Shown here: positions 26,673-35,957 of the stretch, piece by piece
How positions within the stretch are numbered: position 1 is the stretch's first letter
How the letters are laid out: each line of letters opens with the position of its first letter
Assembly (NCBI RefSeq): GCF_025964975.1
Contig: NZ_JAOPXV010000206.1
Coordinates: 8,020-72,019, forward strand
DNA from: Nocardioides sp.
GTDB lineage: Bacteria; Actinomycetota; Actinomycetes; Propionibacteriales; Nocardioidaceae
Reading direction: 5' to 3'
DNA length: 64,000 nt
The notes under the pieces: generated by a model
Database searches by the model: none
Told to the model about the DNA's origin: nothing
What the model saw: the letters and a program-made list of their open reading frames with translations, nothing else
Position numbers and translations under genes: made by a program

Positions 26673-28031
26673 ATGCAGGACCCCGTCGTGATCATCGGTG
26701 CCGGCCCCATCGGGTTGGCCGCTGCCGCCGACGCCGCCGAGCGCGGCCTGCCCTTCGTCGTCCTGGAAGCGGGACAGGACGCCGGCGCAGCCGTGGCAGG
26801 CTGGGCGCATGTGCGGCTGTTCTCCTCCTGGTCGGAGCTCGTCGACCCGGCTGCTCGTCGCTTGCTGGAGGCGGCTGGCACCTGGACGCCCCCGGACGAC
26901 TCCGGCTATCCCACCGGTGGCGAGTGGCGCCGCGACTACCTGCAGCCGCTCGCGGCCGTGCTGGCCAGCACCCCCGGAGGCTCCGTTCGGTACGGCGCCC
27001 GGGTGACCGGCGTGGGTCGCGCCGGCCGCGACCTGATGGTCGACTCCGGGCGGGAGGGCGACCCGTTCGCCGTACACGTGGAAGGCCCGGGCGGCCCGGA
27101 GCGGTTGCTCGCTAGCGCGGTCGTGGACGCCTCCGGCACCTGGACGCGTCCCAACCCGCTCGGTGCCGACGGCTATCCCGCGCTCGGCGAGACCGAGAAC
27201 GCCGATCGCATCACCTATGGCATCCCCGACCTTGCCGACCCCGCGTCGGCTGCCCGCTATGCCGGCAAGCACGTCGCCGTCGCCGGGAAGGGCGCCTCGG
27301 CCCAGGGCGTGCTCGTCGGGCTCGCGCGGCTCGCGCAGGCCGACCCCGGCATCCGGGTGTCCTGGCTGCTGCGGCGTCCCTCGGTCGGCGACGCCTTCGG
27401 CGGTGGCGACAACGACCAGCTCGAGCAGCGCGGCAAGCTCGGCCAGGACGCGAAGGCGGCGGCGACCAGCGGGCTCGTGACCCAGGTGACGGAGTTCCGC
27501 ACCGAGTCCGTCACCACCCAGGACGACGGCCGCCTCACCATCACCTCGACCGACGGCCAGCAGGTCACCGACGTCGACGAGGTCATCGTGGTGACCGGCT
27601 TCCGCCCCGACTTCGGCTTCCTCTCCGAGGTTCGCCTCGACCTCGACCCGGCCCTCGGCGCAGCGCGCGTCCTGGCCGGACAGATCCACCCCGACCACCA
27701 CAGCTGTGGCGACGTCGAACCGCACGGCTACAAGGAGCTGAGCCAGCCCGAGGATCGGCTGTATCTCGTCGGGATGAAGTCCTACGGGCGAGCGCCGTCG
27801 TTCCTGGCGATGACCGGCTACGAGCAGGTCCGCTCCGTGGTTGCCGCCCTGGACGGCGACCTGGAGGCCGCGGGCCGGGTCGAGCTCGTGCTGCCTGCCA
27901 CCGGGGTGTGCAACGGTGCCGGCGCGTTCGACGACGCGACCGCGGTCGCAGCCGCACCGGCCGGTGGCGGGTGCTGCGGCCCCAGCCCCTCCGAGCCGCA
28001 GCTCGTCGTGGTCGGCGGCGGGTGCGGGTGA
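26673..28031 (+). CDS. FAD/NAD(P)-binding oxidoreductase with a Cys-rich C-terminus
   Basis: ORF trimmed to MQDPVVIIGAGPIGLAAAADAAERG. A second dinucleotide motif is VAVAGKGASA. The C-terminus is GGGCCGPSPSEPQLVVVGGGCG. Confidence 0.8.
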   Translation: MQDPVVIIGAGPIGLAAAADAAERGLPFVVLEAGQDAGAAVAGWAHVRLFSSWSELVDPAARRLLEAAGTWTPPDDSGYPTGGEWRRDYLQPLAAVLASTPGGSVRYGARVTGVGRAGRDLMVDSGREGDPFAVHVEGPGGPERLLASAVVDASGTWTRPNPLGADGYPALGETENADRITYGIPDLADPASAARYAGKHVAVAGKGASAQGVLVGLARLAQADPGIRVSWLLRRPSVGDAFGGGDNDQLEQRGKLGQDAKAAATSGLVTQVTEFRTESVTTQDDGRLTITSTDGQQVTDVDEVIVVTGFRPDFGFLSEVRLDLDPALGAARVLAGQIHPDHHSCGDVEPHGYKELSQPEDRLYLVGMKSYGRAPSFLAMTGYEQVRSVVAALDGDLEAAGRVELVLPATGVCNGAGAFDDATAVAAAPAGGGCCGPSPSEPQLVVVGGGCG

Positions 28032-29299
28032 CCGACACGGCCGCCCCTGCCCAGCAGGCTCCGCAGCCCGGCGCGCTCGATCCCGGCGGGCTGCGGCAGG
28101 TGGTGTCAGTGCTCAGCACCGTCCAGATCGTCTCGTGGGGCGTCCTCTACTACGCGTTCGCGGCGCTGCAGTCGTCCATCACCGCTGACACCGGCTGGTC
28201 GAGCGTGGCGGTCACCGGCGCGTTCTCCGGGTGCCAGCTCGTCTCGGGCGTCGTCGGGATCTGGGTCGGTCGACACATCGACGCCGTCGGTCCCCGGGCC
28301 GTCATGACGGCGGCGTCACTGGTCGCCATACCGGGCCTGCTCGCCGTGGCGTTGGCACCGAACCTGGCCGTCTTCTACCTCGGCTGGGTCCTGGTCGGCG
28401 TCGCGATGGCCGGCACCCTGTATCCGCCCGCGTTCGCAGCCCTCACCCACTGGGGCGGGGCTCAGCGGGTCCGCGCCCTCACGACGCTGACCCTGGTGGC
28501 GGGCCTGGCCAGCACCGTCTTCGCCCCCCTGGCCTCGGTGCTTGACGACGCGTGGGGTTGGCGGGTCGCCTACCTCGTGCTCCTGGCCGGTCTGGTGCTG
28601 ATCACGGTGCCGCTGCACTGGTGGGGTCTCGGCGCGCCTTGGCGGACCCAGCACCGCGACGCCCCCCGCCCCTCGCACCACGCCCCGAAGCCGGACGTGG
28701 CCGCCGTCGTTCGCAGCGGTCCGTTCCTGCTGCTGGCGCTGGCCGGCACCCTGACGACGCTGTCGGTGTTCGCCGTGGTCATCAACCTTGTGCCGATGCT
28801 GGTCGAGCAGGGGATGAGCCGGAACCTTGCGGCCGTCGCCCTCGGTCTCGGCGGTGTCGGGCAGGTCGCGGGGCGACTGGGGTACGCCCGGTTCGCGGCC
28901 GCCACCTCGGTGACGGCGCGCGGTGTCATCGTGGTCGCGGGAGTGGCTGCGGCAACGGCTGCCCTGGCGCTGGCACCCGACTCCGCGGGCCTGCTCATCG
29001 TGATCGGGATGCTCCTGGGGCTGGCGCGAGGCATCTACACCCTCGTCCACGCCACCGCGGTCACCGACCGCTGGGGCCCGGAGGCCTACGGCACGCTCAA
29101 CGGCATCCTGACGGCGCCCGCCCTGGGCGCCGCCGCCCTCGCACCGTTCGCGGGAGCATTGCTGGCGCGGGCCCTCGGGTCGTACGCCGATGCCTTCCTC
29201 GTGCTGGCGGCAGGTGCCGGTGTCGCCGCGGTGCTGATGCTCGGCGCCACTCCCAGGCGCGCAGGCGCGGAATACCCTGAGGGGGAACGCGCGTTGTGA
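28028..29299 (+). CDS. MFS transporter
   Basis: GTG 28028-28030 overlaps the upstream TGA (GTGA). About 12 hydrophobic segments. Confidence 0.85.
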   Translation: MTDTAAPAQQAPQPGALDPGGLRQVVSVLSTVQIVSWGVLYYAFAALQSSITADTGWSSVAVTGAFSGCQLVSGVVGIWVGRHIDAVGPRAVMTAASLVAIPGLLAVALAPNLAVFYLGWVLVGVAMAGTLYPPAFAALTHWGGAQRVRALTTLTLVAGLASTVFAPLASVLDDAWGWRVAYLVLLAGLVLITVPLHWWGLGAPWRTQHRDAPRPSHHAPKPDVAAVVRSGPFLLLALAGTLTTLSVFAVVINLVPMLVEQGMSRNLAAVALGLGGVGQVAGRLGYARFAAATSVTARGVIVVAGVAAATAALALAPDSAGLLIVIGMLLGLARGIYTLVHATAVTDRWGPEAYGTLNGILTAPALGAAALAPFAGALLARALGSYADAFLVLAAGAGVAAVLMLGATPRRAGAEYPEGERAL

Positions 29300-29341
29300 T
29301 CACCACCTCCCATCCCCGCCCATCGAGAGAGGCGACCTCCC

Positions 29342-29920
29342 ATGTCGGCGAAGCCTCGGCGTGCAGGCGAGATGGCGACGACACGAGCAGTGCGCGCGGC
29401 GCAGAGGCTCGTGCGCGAAGCGGCCGGCTGGTTGTTGTTGCTCGGGGGCCTGGCTGCGATCCCGCTGCCCGGGCCAGGGCTCCTGATCACCTTGGCCGGG
29501 CTGCTGCTGCTGTCGCGTGAGTACGACTGGGCCGCGCGCCGCGTCGACACGGTCCGGGGACGCGCTCTCCAGGCTGCCGCTCATGGCGTCGCCACGCGTC
29601 CCCGCCTCCTCGGCTCCACCACGTCGGCCCTGATGATCCTCCCGGTCGGAGTGGTGTGGATCCTCTCGCCAGCGGCACCGGGGTGGTGGCCCCTGGCGGA
29701 GGCTTGGTGGCTGCCCGGTGGCGCAATCGTCGGTGTGTCGCAGCTGGCATCCGCGGCCGTCGCGCTGACCCTCCTCGCCTACAGCTATCGGCGGTTCCGA
29801 GGAGCTCCCGGTCTCGTGACGCCTGTCGTGACGCCAGCCCTGCATCTCGAGGCTGGTCGCCCCGTGGTGCCGGCGCCTCGTCGGCCCAGCCGGCGATCCT
29901 CCTGCCCGTCGGCGTCCTAG
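29342..29920 (+). CDS. PGPGW-motif transmembrane protein
   Basis: GLAAIPLPGPGLLITLAGLLLLSREYDW matches the PGPGW family signature. Confidence 0.7.
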   Translation: MSAKPRRAGEMATTRAVRAAQRLVREAAGWLLLLGGLAAIPLPGPGLLITLAGLLLLSREYDWAARRVDTVRGRALQAAAHGVATRPRLLGSTTSALMILPVGVVWILSPAAPGWWPLAEAWWLPGGAIVGVSQLASAAVALTLLAYSYRRFRGAPGLVTPVVTPALHLEAGRPVVPAPRRPSRRSSCPSAS

Positions 29921-29935
29921 CTGCACGCAGCCGGG

Positions 29936-30622
29936 TCAGGCGGGCTGGGTCAGGATGCCCACCGGCTGGAAGCCCTTGACGAGCAGCCAGCCGATCAGCG
30001 CGAGCTCCCAGGCGAAGACGGGGAGGGCGACGAGCAGGCCGGGCGTGGAGGTCTGCTCGTAGGCGCCGAACATGACGGCGATCGCGGAGCCGAAGATCAG
30101 CGTCCCGCCGATGAGTCCCAAGACGGCGATGGCGCGGGGCACGAGGCCTGAGGCGTGCATCAGGTAGGCCAGCAGCACCGAGGCGGCGCCCAGCGCGAAG
30201 TTGGGCCCGAACAGGAAGGTCCAGTCGTGCAGGGCCAGGAGCGCGGAGCCGATGGCGGAGAGGGTGTCGGGGTCGGCTGACCCGGCGTACTGCTGGCGCA
30301 GGCTGACGATGGTGAGGAGGCTGAGGATGCCGATCAAGATGGCGACCGCTTCCACGAGCCGGGCCAGGACGAACGCGAGTGCGACTCCTTCGTGCTGCCG
30401 CCTGACGATCGGGTACAACGTCACGGCCGTGCCGATCGCGGCGACCACCAGGAGCAGCTCGAACAGCGCGCCCCACAGGATCCGGTCGTCCCCACCGGCG
30501 CCGGTGATGTAGTCGGTGCTCGTGAGGATGGGGCCGTAGAGGGCACGTCCGGAGATCGCGCCGACCTCGGTGAGCAGGAAGAAGAGCGCGGCGACGACGG
30601 CGGTCGGGCGGGACAGGTTCAC
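29936..30622 (-). CDS. DUF4386-like integral membrane protein
   Basis: 228 aa, GTG start, six hydrophobic segments. The family assignment is from memory of DUF4386 composition. Confidence 0.6.
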   Translation of the reverse strand: MNLSRPTAVVAALFFLLTEVGAISGRALYGPILTSTDYITGAGGDDRILWGALFELLLVVAAIGTAVTLYPIVRRQHEGVALAFVLARLVEAVAILIGILSLLTIVSLRQQYAGSADPDTLSAIGSALLALHDWTFLFGPNFALGAASVLLAYLMHASGLVPRAIAVLGLIGGTLIFGSAIAVMFGAYEQTSTPGLLVALPVFAWELALIGWLLVKGFQPVGILTQPA

Positions 30623-30642
30623 GGTGGTCCTTCAGCAGAATG

Positions 30643-30689
30643 GTGTACGAAGTACACATCGCTGGAACGCTAAGGTGTACGGCGTACTC
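30643..30689. promoter_or_regulatory. pair of GTAC-based dyads upstream of the DUF4386 gene
   Basis: GTGTACGAAGTACAC (30643-30657, perfect 6-3-6 dyad) and GTGTACGGCGTACTC (30675-30689), centres 32 nt apart. Confidence 0.35.
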
Positions 30690-30692
30690 CTG

Positions 30693-31049
30693 TCAAGCCA
30701 GGTAGAGCTTCCGCAGGCGCTCGGTGAGGACCCACGTCGTGCGGTCCCCCTCGTGGAGCTCGACAAGCACGCCGGGCCGCAGGTCGATCGAGCTGCCGTC
30801 GTCGAAGGCGACGGTCCCGAGACCGCTCAGGACGAGGAAGACCTCGTCGCACTCGACATCTATGTCCTGGCCGGGGCCCGCCGCCCACAGGCCAACCGTG
30901 ACGCCGCCGAGCGTCGAGGCGCTGCGCCCGGGGTCGGCGAGCACCCGGTCCGCGGTGGCGAGCGCTTCGGAGGCCCCATCGGGTCCGACCTGCTCGAGCA
31001 TCAGGTCGGAGGAGAGCAGTCGTGCTGCAGCGGTGCTGGCGGAGTCCAT
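30693..31049 (-). CDS. cupin domain protein (DUF861/EutQ-like)
   Basis: 118 aa with the pattern ...GLWAAGPGQDIDVECDEVFLVLSGLGTVAFDDGSSIDLRPGV.... Confidence 0.7.
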   Translation of the reverse strand: MDSASTAAARLLSSDLMLEQVGPDGASEALATADRVLADPGRSASTLGGVTVGLWAAGPGQDIDVECDEVFLVLSGLGTVAFDDGSSIDLRPGVLVELHEGDRTTWVLTERLRKLYLA

Positions 31050-31099
31050 GCCCCCGGACCCTAGCCCGGCATACCGCTCGGCCCGACATACATGCCGCC

Positions 31100-32005
31100 A
31101 TGTGGCAGCCGCTCACCGAGCCCTCGGTCGAGGACGTGCACCGCGTCCTGACCGAGGTCGACGTGGCCTTGTGGTCGAGCGGAGCGTCGCGGACGTCAGG
31201 GAACTGCTCGCGAGCGGATCGTTCTGGGGCCGTCCACCATGCCGAGGGTCGGCTGATCGCGGTGGCCGGGTCCGTCCCCGATGAGGAGTGCGTCATGGGG
31301 ATCGTGGCCGCCCATCCCGGTCGCTCGGAGCTGCTCTCGGATGCGGTTCCGCTGCTCGAGGACGTCCTGAGAGCAGGGGGTGCGCTGTGGTTGCCCACCC
31401 TCGACCACGACGCCGGGGCGGCGGCGGCCGCCGCGCACGGCCTGGTGCGGGCCTACACCGACCTTCAGATGCGCACCCGCACGACGGCTGCGTCAGCGAG
31501 CCCCCCGCCGCTGGGCACGAGGCTGCGTGAGCTCGGCGCCGCTCCCTCGGATCTCCACGACGTCCATGACCTGGTGTGCGCTGCGTGGGGCGCGGAGGAC
31601 CACTGGACCGCGTTCCACCGCCGGTTCGAGCAGGCGGCGCGCGAACCGGCGCTGTGGGTCCTGCTCGAGAGCGAGCAGGGCGAGCTGGTTGCCGCCTGCT
31701 TCGGCGACGGCCAGGACCTGGCCGATGGCCGGTTCAAAGTGGTGCGGCACCTGGACGTCGCGCCGGGCGTACGGCGAAGCGGGCTCGGTCGCTGGGCGCT
31801 CAACGAGCTCCTCGTCCGGTTCGCCCTCGCAGGCTGGGACGAGGCGCAGCTCGGCGTGCACGGCGACAACGCGTCCGGGGCGCCGGCGTTCTACCGCTCG
31901 CACGGGTGGAGCGTCGTCTCGTCGCAGGACAAATGGGTGCGCGCGCCGCCTAGTCCCGCGCCAGGCTCTCGTGCGCGTCGACGAGGGACGGGCCGTACCA
32001 CGTGA
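31100..32005 (+). CDS. GNAT family N-acetyltransferase (two-lobed, mycothiol-synthase-like size)
   Basis: ORF trimmed to MWQPLTEPS. Acetyl-CoA motif LDVAPGVRRSGLGRWALNELL. The 3' end overlaps the convergent gene by 56 nt. Confidence 0.7.
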   Translation: MWQPLTEPSVEDVHRVLTEVDVALWSSGASRTSGNCSRADRSGAVHHAEGRLIAVAGSVPDEECVMGIVAAHPGRSELLSDAVPLLEDVLRAGGALWLPTLDHDAGAAAAAAHGLVRAYTDLQMRTRTTAASASPPPLGTRLRELGAAPSDLHDVHDLVCAAWGAEDHWTAFHRRFEQAAREPALWVLLESEQGELVAACFGDGQDLADGRFKVVRHLDVAPGVRRSGLGRWALNELLVRFALAGWDEAQLGVHGDNASGAPAFYRSHGWSVVSSQDKWVRAPPSPAPGSRARRRGTGRTT

Positions 32006-32705
32006 GCAGCCGGCCGCTGACCAGGTCGGTCGGCGTACGCGTGAAGGCCTCGGGACCGTCCTGCGACGTGAACACATAGGGCTCGTCCGGAAGCAGGATG
32101 GCATCGGCACCGGCTGCGTCCAGGTCGGCCGCCTCCAGGCTCGGATAGCGGTCGGGGTGGTCGGCGAACACGTTGTCGAGCCCGAGACGACGGGCCAGGT
32201 CGCCGGTGAAGGTCCGGCTGCCGACGACCATCCACGGGTCCCGCCAGATCGGGATCGCGACGCGTCGTCGCACGGGTGGGAGAGGTCCGGTCCACAGCTC
32301 GTGGGCGGCCGCGAGCCAGGGTGGGCGCGGCCAGCACAGGGCCTCGTCGAAGAGCCGAGCCAGGGATGACAGAGCCTGCGGGACGGTCTCGATGTCGGTG
32401 ACCCACACCCGCACGCCACGCTCACGCAGGCGGCGTACGTCGAGCTCGCGGTTCTCCTCCTTGTTGGCGATGACCAGGTCGGGGGCGAGCAGCGCGATCT
32501 TCGCGACATCGGGGTTCTTGGTGCCGCGCGCCCGGGGGACGTCGAGGTCGGCGGGATGCGTGCACCAGTCGGTGGCGCCCACGATCGCCTCGGGGCGGAC
32601 GGTTGCCAGGCTCTCGGTGATGGAGGGGACGAGCGAGACGACGCGGCGTGCCGGACCCGGCTGGTCGGAGGACTGGAGCGGGTGTCCGAGGTCGTCGCGG
32701 GTCAC
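31950..32705 (-). CDS. BtuF/TroA-fold (helical-backbone) cobalamin-binding-like protein without a signal peptide
   Basis: GTG 32703-32705 lies 1 nt after the icmF stop. RVVSLVPSITESL...DLVIANKEEN...ILLPDEPY is the class III binding-protein pattern. The N-terminus VTRDDLGHPLQSSDQPG is not hydrophobic. Confidence 0.7.
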   Translation of the reverse strand: MTRDDLGHPLQSSDQPGPARRVVSLVPSITESLATVRPEAIVGATDWCTHPADLDVPRARGTKNPDVAKIALLAPDLVIANKEENRELDVRRLRERGVRVWVTDIETVPQALSSLARLFDEALCWPRPPWLAAAHELWTGPLPPVRRRVAIPIWRDPWMVVGSRTFTGDLARRLGLDNVFADHPDRYPSLEAADLDAAGADAILLPDEPYVFTSQDGPEAFTRTPTDLVSGRLLTWYGPSLVDAHESLARD

Positions 32706-32706
32706 G

Positions 32707-35700
32707 TCAGACGTTGCGACGGTACTGGCCGCCGACCTCGAAGAACGCCTCGGTGACCTGCTGCAACGAGCACACGCGGGCGGCGTCCATGAGCACGGCG
32801 AAGACGTTGTCACCGGAGGCGGCAGCTTCCTTGAGCCGGGCGATGGCCTCGGCGGACTCGGAGGTGTGGGACGCCTGGAACTCGCGCACCCGACGCAGCT
32901 GGGACTCCTTCTCACCCTCCGTCGCCCGGGCCAGCTCGACCTCGGGCGGGGAGACGTCGGAGTCGGGCTTGACGAAGGTGTTGACGCCGACGATGGGCAG
33001 CGAGCCGTCGTGCTTGCGGTGCTCGTAGAGCATCGACTCGTCCTGGATCCGGCCTCGCTGGTAGCCCGTCTCCATCGCCCCCAGCACGCCACCGCGCTCG
33101 TTGATGCTGTCGAACTCGGCCAGCACGGCCGCCTCGACCAGGTCGGTCAGCTCGTCGATGATGAAGGAGCCCTGGAGTGGGTTCTCGTTCATCGCGAGGC
33201 CCCACTCTCGGTTGATGATCAGCTGGATAGCCAGGGCTCGGCGCACGGACTCCTCGGTCGGGGTCGTGACCGCCTCGTCGTAGGCGTTGGTGTGCAGGGA
33301 GTTGGCGTTGTCGTAGATGGCGATCAGCGCCTGCAGCGTCGTGCGGATGTCGTTGAAGTCCATCTCCTGCGCGTGCAGGGAGCGTCCGCTCGTCTGGACG
33401 TGGTACTTCAGCTTCTGCGAGCGCTCGTTGGCGCCGTACTTCTCCCTCATCGTGATCGCCCAGATGCGGCGTGCCACCCGGCCGATGACGGTGTATTCGG
33501 GGTCCATGCCGTTAGAGAAGAAGAAGGACAGGTTGGGTGCGAAGTCGTCGATGTCCATCCCGCGCGCGAGGTAGGCCTCGACGTAGGTGAAGCCGTTGGC
33601 CAGGGTGAAGGCGAGCTGGCTGATGGGGTTCGCCCCCGCCTCGGCGATGTGATAGCCGGAGATCGACACGGAGTAGAAGTTGCGAACCTTCTGCTCGATG
33701 AACCATTCCTGGATGTCGGCCATCATGCGCAGGCAGAACTCCGTGGAGAACAGCGCCGTGTTCTGCCCCTGGTCCTCCTTGAGGATGTCGGCCTGCACCG
33801 TGCCCCGGACATTGGCCAGGGCGTACGCCGTCAGCTCGGCGCGCTCCGCCTCGTCGGGCTCACGCCCCTCGGCCCCACGGAACTTCTCGACCTGCTGGTC
33901 GATGACGGTGTTGAGGAAGAACGCCAGCACGGTCGGTGCCGGACCGTTGATGGTCAACGACACCGAGGTCGATGGAGCGACCAGGTCGAAACCCTCGAAC
34001 AGCGCCGACATGTCGTCCAGGGTGGCCACGGAGACGCCCGAGGTGCCGACCTTGCCGTAGACGTCGGGACGGGGATCGGGGTCGCGACCGTAGAGCGTCA
34101 CGGAGTCGAAGGCCGTGGAGAGGCGGGTGGCATCGCCATCCTGGCTCAGCAGCTTGAAGCGGCGGTTGGTGCGGAAGGGGTCGCCCTCGCCGGCGAACAT
34201 CCGGGCCGGGTCCTCGCCGTCGCGCTTGAAGGGGAAGACCCCTGCGGTGAAGGGGAAATAGCCCGGCAGGTTCTCGTTGCGCCAGAAGCGCACGAGCTCT
34301 CCGTGGTCGGTGAAGCGGGGCAGCGCCACCCGGGGGATCTTGTTGCCGCTGAGGGATTCCTTGGTGAGCAAGGTGCGGATCTCGCGGTCGCGCACGGTCA
34401 CGACCTGCTCGTCACCGGAGTAGGACTCCACGACCGTCGGCCACGCCTCCAGCTGGTCAGTGACCTCGTGGGGGACCGCCTTGCGGGCCTTCTCCAGCAG
34501 TCCGGCGACGCCGTCGACCTGCTCGCCGGCGTCGGCCAGCTCGCCCTGGACGATCTCGAGCCGCTGCACCCGGCGGGCCGCCTCGACGTGCGCCTGGGTC
34601 TGCGCGTGGTAGCCACGGACGGCCTCGGTGATCTCGGCGAGGTAGCGCACGCGGTCGGTGGGCACGACCTGACGGATGCCCGACGAGTGGCGTACGTCGA
34701 CATGGGGCAGCGTGCCCTCGGTGACGGGCAGGCCGCTTCCCGCGAGGGTGTCGCGCAGGTGCTGGAAGAGCGCGGTGACGCCGTCGTCGTTGAAGGTGGC
34801 CGCGCTGGTGCCGAACACGGGCATGTCGGCGGGCTGCTTGCCGAAGGCCTCGCGGTTGCGGACCATCTGCCGGCCGACGTCGCGCATCGCGTCCTTGGCG
34901 CCCCGGCGCTCGAACTTGTTGATGGCCACGGTGTCGGCGAAGTCGAGCATGTCGATCTTCTCCAGCTGCGACGCGGCGCCGAACTCGGGCGTCATGACGT
35001 AGAGCGAGTGGTCGACGAACGGGACGATCGCCGCGTCGCCCTGGCCGATGCCGGGGGTCTCGACGATGACCAGGTCGAACCCGGCGGCCTTCATCACCGC
35101 GATGACGGTGTCGAGGTGCTCGGGCACCTCGTGGGCCCCGCGGGTCGCCAGGCTGCGGAAGAAGATGCGGTCCCCGTCGAGGGAGTTGGCCCGGATCCGG
35201 TCGCCGAGGAGCGCACCGCCGCCCTTGCGGCGGGTCGGGTCGACGGCGATGACCGCCACGCGCAGCTTGTCCTCCTGGTCGACGCGGAAGCGCCGCACGA
35301 TCTCGTCGGTGAGGCTGGACTTGCCCGAACCGCCCGTGCCGGTGATGCCGAGGACCGGGGAGGTGTGGGCGGCTGCCGCCTGCTGGAGACGCTCCAGCAT
35401 CTCGGCGGTCAGTTGTCCGGTCTCCGCACCGGTCAGCGCCCGGGCGATGGCCAGGCGGTCACCGGCCAGGACGGCATGGATGTCGGCCGGCCCGGCCTGC
35501 CAGGGGTCGAAGTCGCAGTCGGCGACGACCGAGTTGATCATCCCGACCAGGCCCATGCGCTGGCCGTCCTCGGGGGAGAAGATCGTCACGCCCGAGTCGC
35601 GCAGGCGCTGGATCTCGGCCGGCACGATGACGCCCCCGCCGCCGCCGACGACCTTCACGTGGTCGGCGCCCGCCGCCCGTAGCGACTCGACGAGGTATTC

Positions 35701-35934
35701 GAAGTACTCGACGTGCCCACCCTGGTAGGACGAGACCGCAATGCCCTGGACGTCCTCCTCGAGTGCAGCGTCGACCACTTCCTGGACGGAGCGGTTGTGC
35801 CCGAGGTGAATGACCTCGCAGCCCTGGCTCATGAAGATCCGCCGCATGATGTTGATCGAGGCGTCGTGTCCGTCGAAGAGCGCCGAGGCGGTGACGAGGC
35901 GGACCGGGTGCTGGGGCTGGTGGAGCTCGACCAT
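32707..35934 (-). CDS. icmF: fused isobutyryl-CoA mutase (B12-binding domain, MeaB-like GTPase and mutase domain)
   Basis: 1075 aa. N-terminal B12 domain (LFDGHDASINIM), P-loop GTGGSGKSSL and a C-terminal methylmalonyl-CoA-mutase-like barrel. Confidence 0.95.
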   Translation of the reverse strand: MVELHQPQHPVRLVTASALFDGHDASINIMRRIFMSQGCEVIHLGHNRSVQEVVDAALEEDVQGIAVSSYQGGHVEYFEYLVESLRAAGADHVKVVGGGGGVIVPAEIQRLRDSGVTIFSPEDGQRMGLVGMINSVVADCDFDPWQAGPADIHAVLAGDRLAIARALTGAETGQLTAEMLERLQQAAAAHTSPVLGITGTGGSGKSSLTDEIVRRFRVDQEDKLRVAVIAVDPTRRKGGGALLGDRIRANSLDGDRIFFRSLATRGAHEVPEHLDTVIAVMKAAGFDLVIVETPGIGQGDAAIVPFVDHSLYVMTPEFGAASQLEKIDMLDFADTVAINKFERRGAKDAMRDVGRQMVRNREAFGKQPADMPVFGTSAATFNDDGVTALFQHLRDTLAGSGLPVTEGTLPHVDVRHSSGIRQVVPTDRVRYLAEITEAVRGYHAQTQAHVEAARRVQRLEIVQGELADAGEQVDGVAGLLEKARKAVPHEVTDQLEAWPTVVESYSGDEQVVTVRDREIRTLLTKESLSGNKIPRVALPRFTDHGELVRFWRNENLPGYFPFTAGVFPFKRDGEDPARMFAGEGDPFRTNRRFKLLSQDGDATRLSTAFDSVTLYGRDPDPRPDVYGKVGTSGVSVATLDDMSALFEGFDLVAPSTSVSLTINGPAPTVLAFFLNTVIDQQVEKFRGAEGREPDEAERAELTAYALANVRGTVQADILKEDQGQNTALFSTEFCLRMMADIQEWFIEQKVRNFYSVSISGYHIAEAGANPISQLAFTLANGFTYVEAYLARGMDIDDFAPNLSFFFSNGMDPEYTVIGRVARRIWAITMREKYGANERSQKLKYHVQTSGRSLHAQEMDFNDIRTTLQALIAIYDNANSLHTNAYDEAVTTPTEESVRRALAIQLIINREWGLAMNENPLQGSFIIDELTDLVEAAVLAEFDSINERGGVLGAMETGYQRGRIQDESMLYEHRKHDGSLPIVGVNTFVKPDSDVSPPEVELARATEGEKESQLRRVREFQASHTSESAEAIARLKEAAASGDNVFAVLMDAARVCSLQQVTEAFFEVGGQYRRNV

Positions 35935-35957
35935 GAGGATCCTCAGGCGTGGTTGTC

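Noticed and set aside
31150-31250. Alternative frame inside the GNAT gene reading GLVVERSVADVRELLASGSFWG, which looks more protein-like than the annotated LWSSGASRTSGNCSRADRSG
   Set aside because: Both frames have about equal GC3 (16/20 each in my count). Using the alternative would need two compensating frameshifts. It cannot be decided without homologues.
32173-35682. 1169-aa plus-strand ORF
   Set aside because: It is fully antisense to icmF. Its composition is Arg/Gly/Val/Asp-rich with no motifs, typical of a shadow frame sharing GC3 with the real minus-strand gene.
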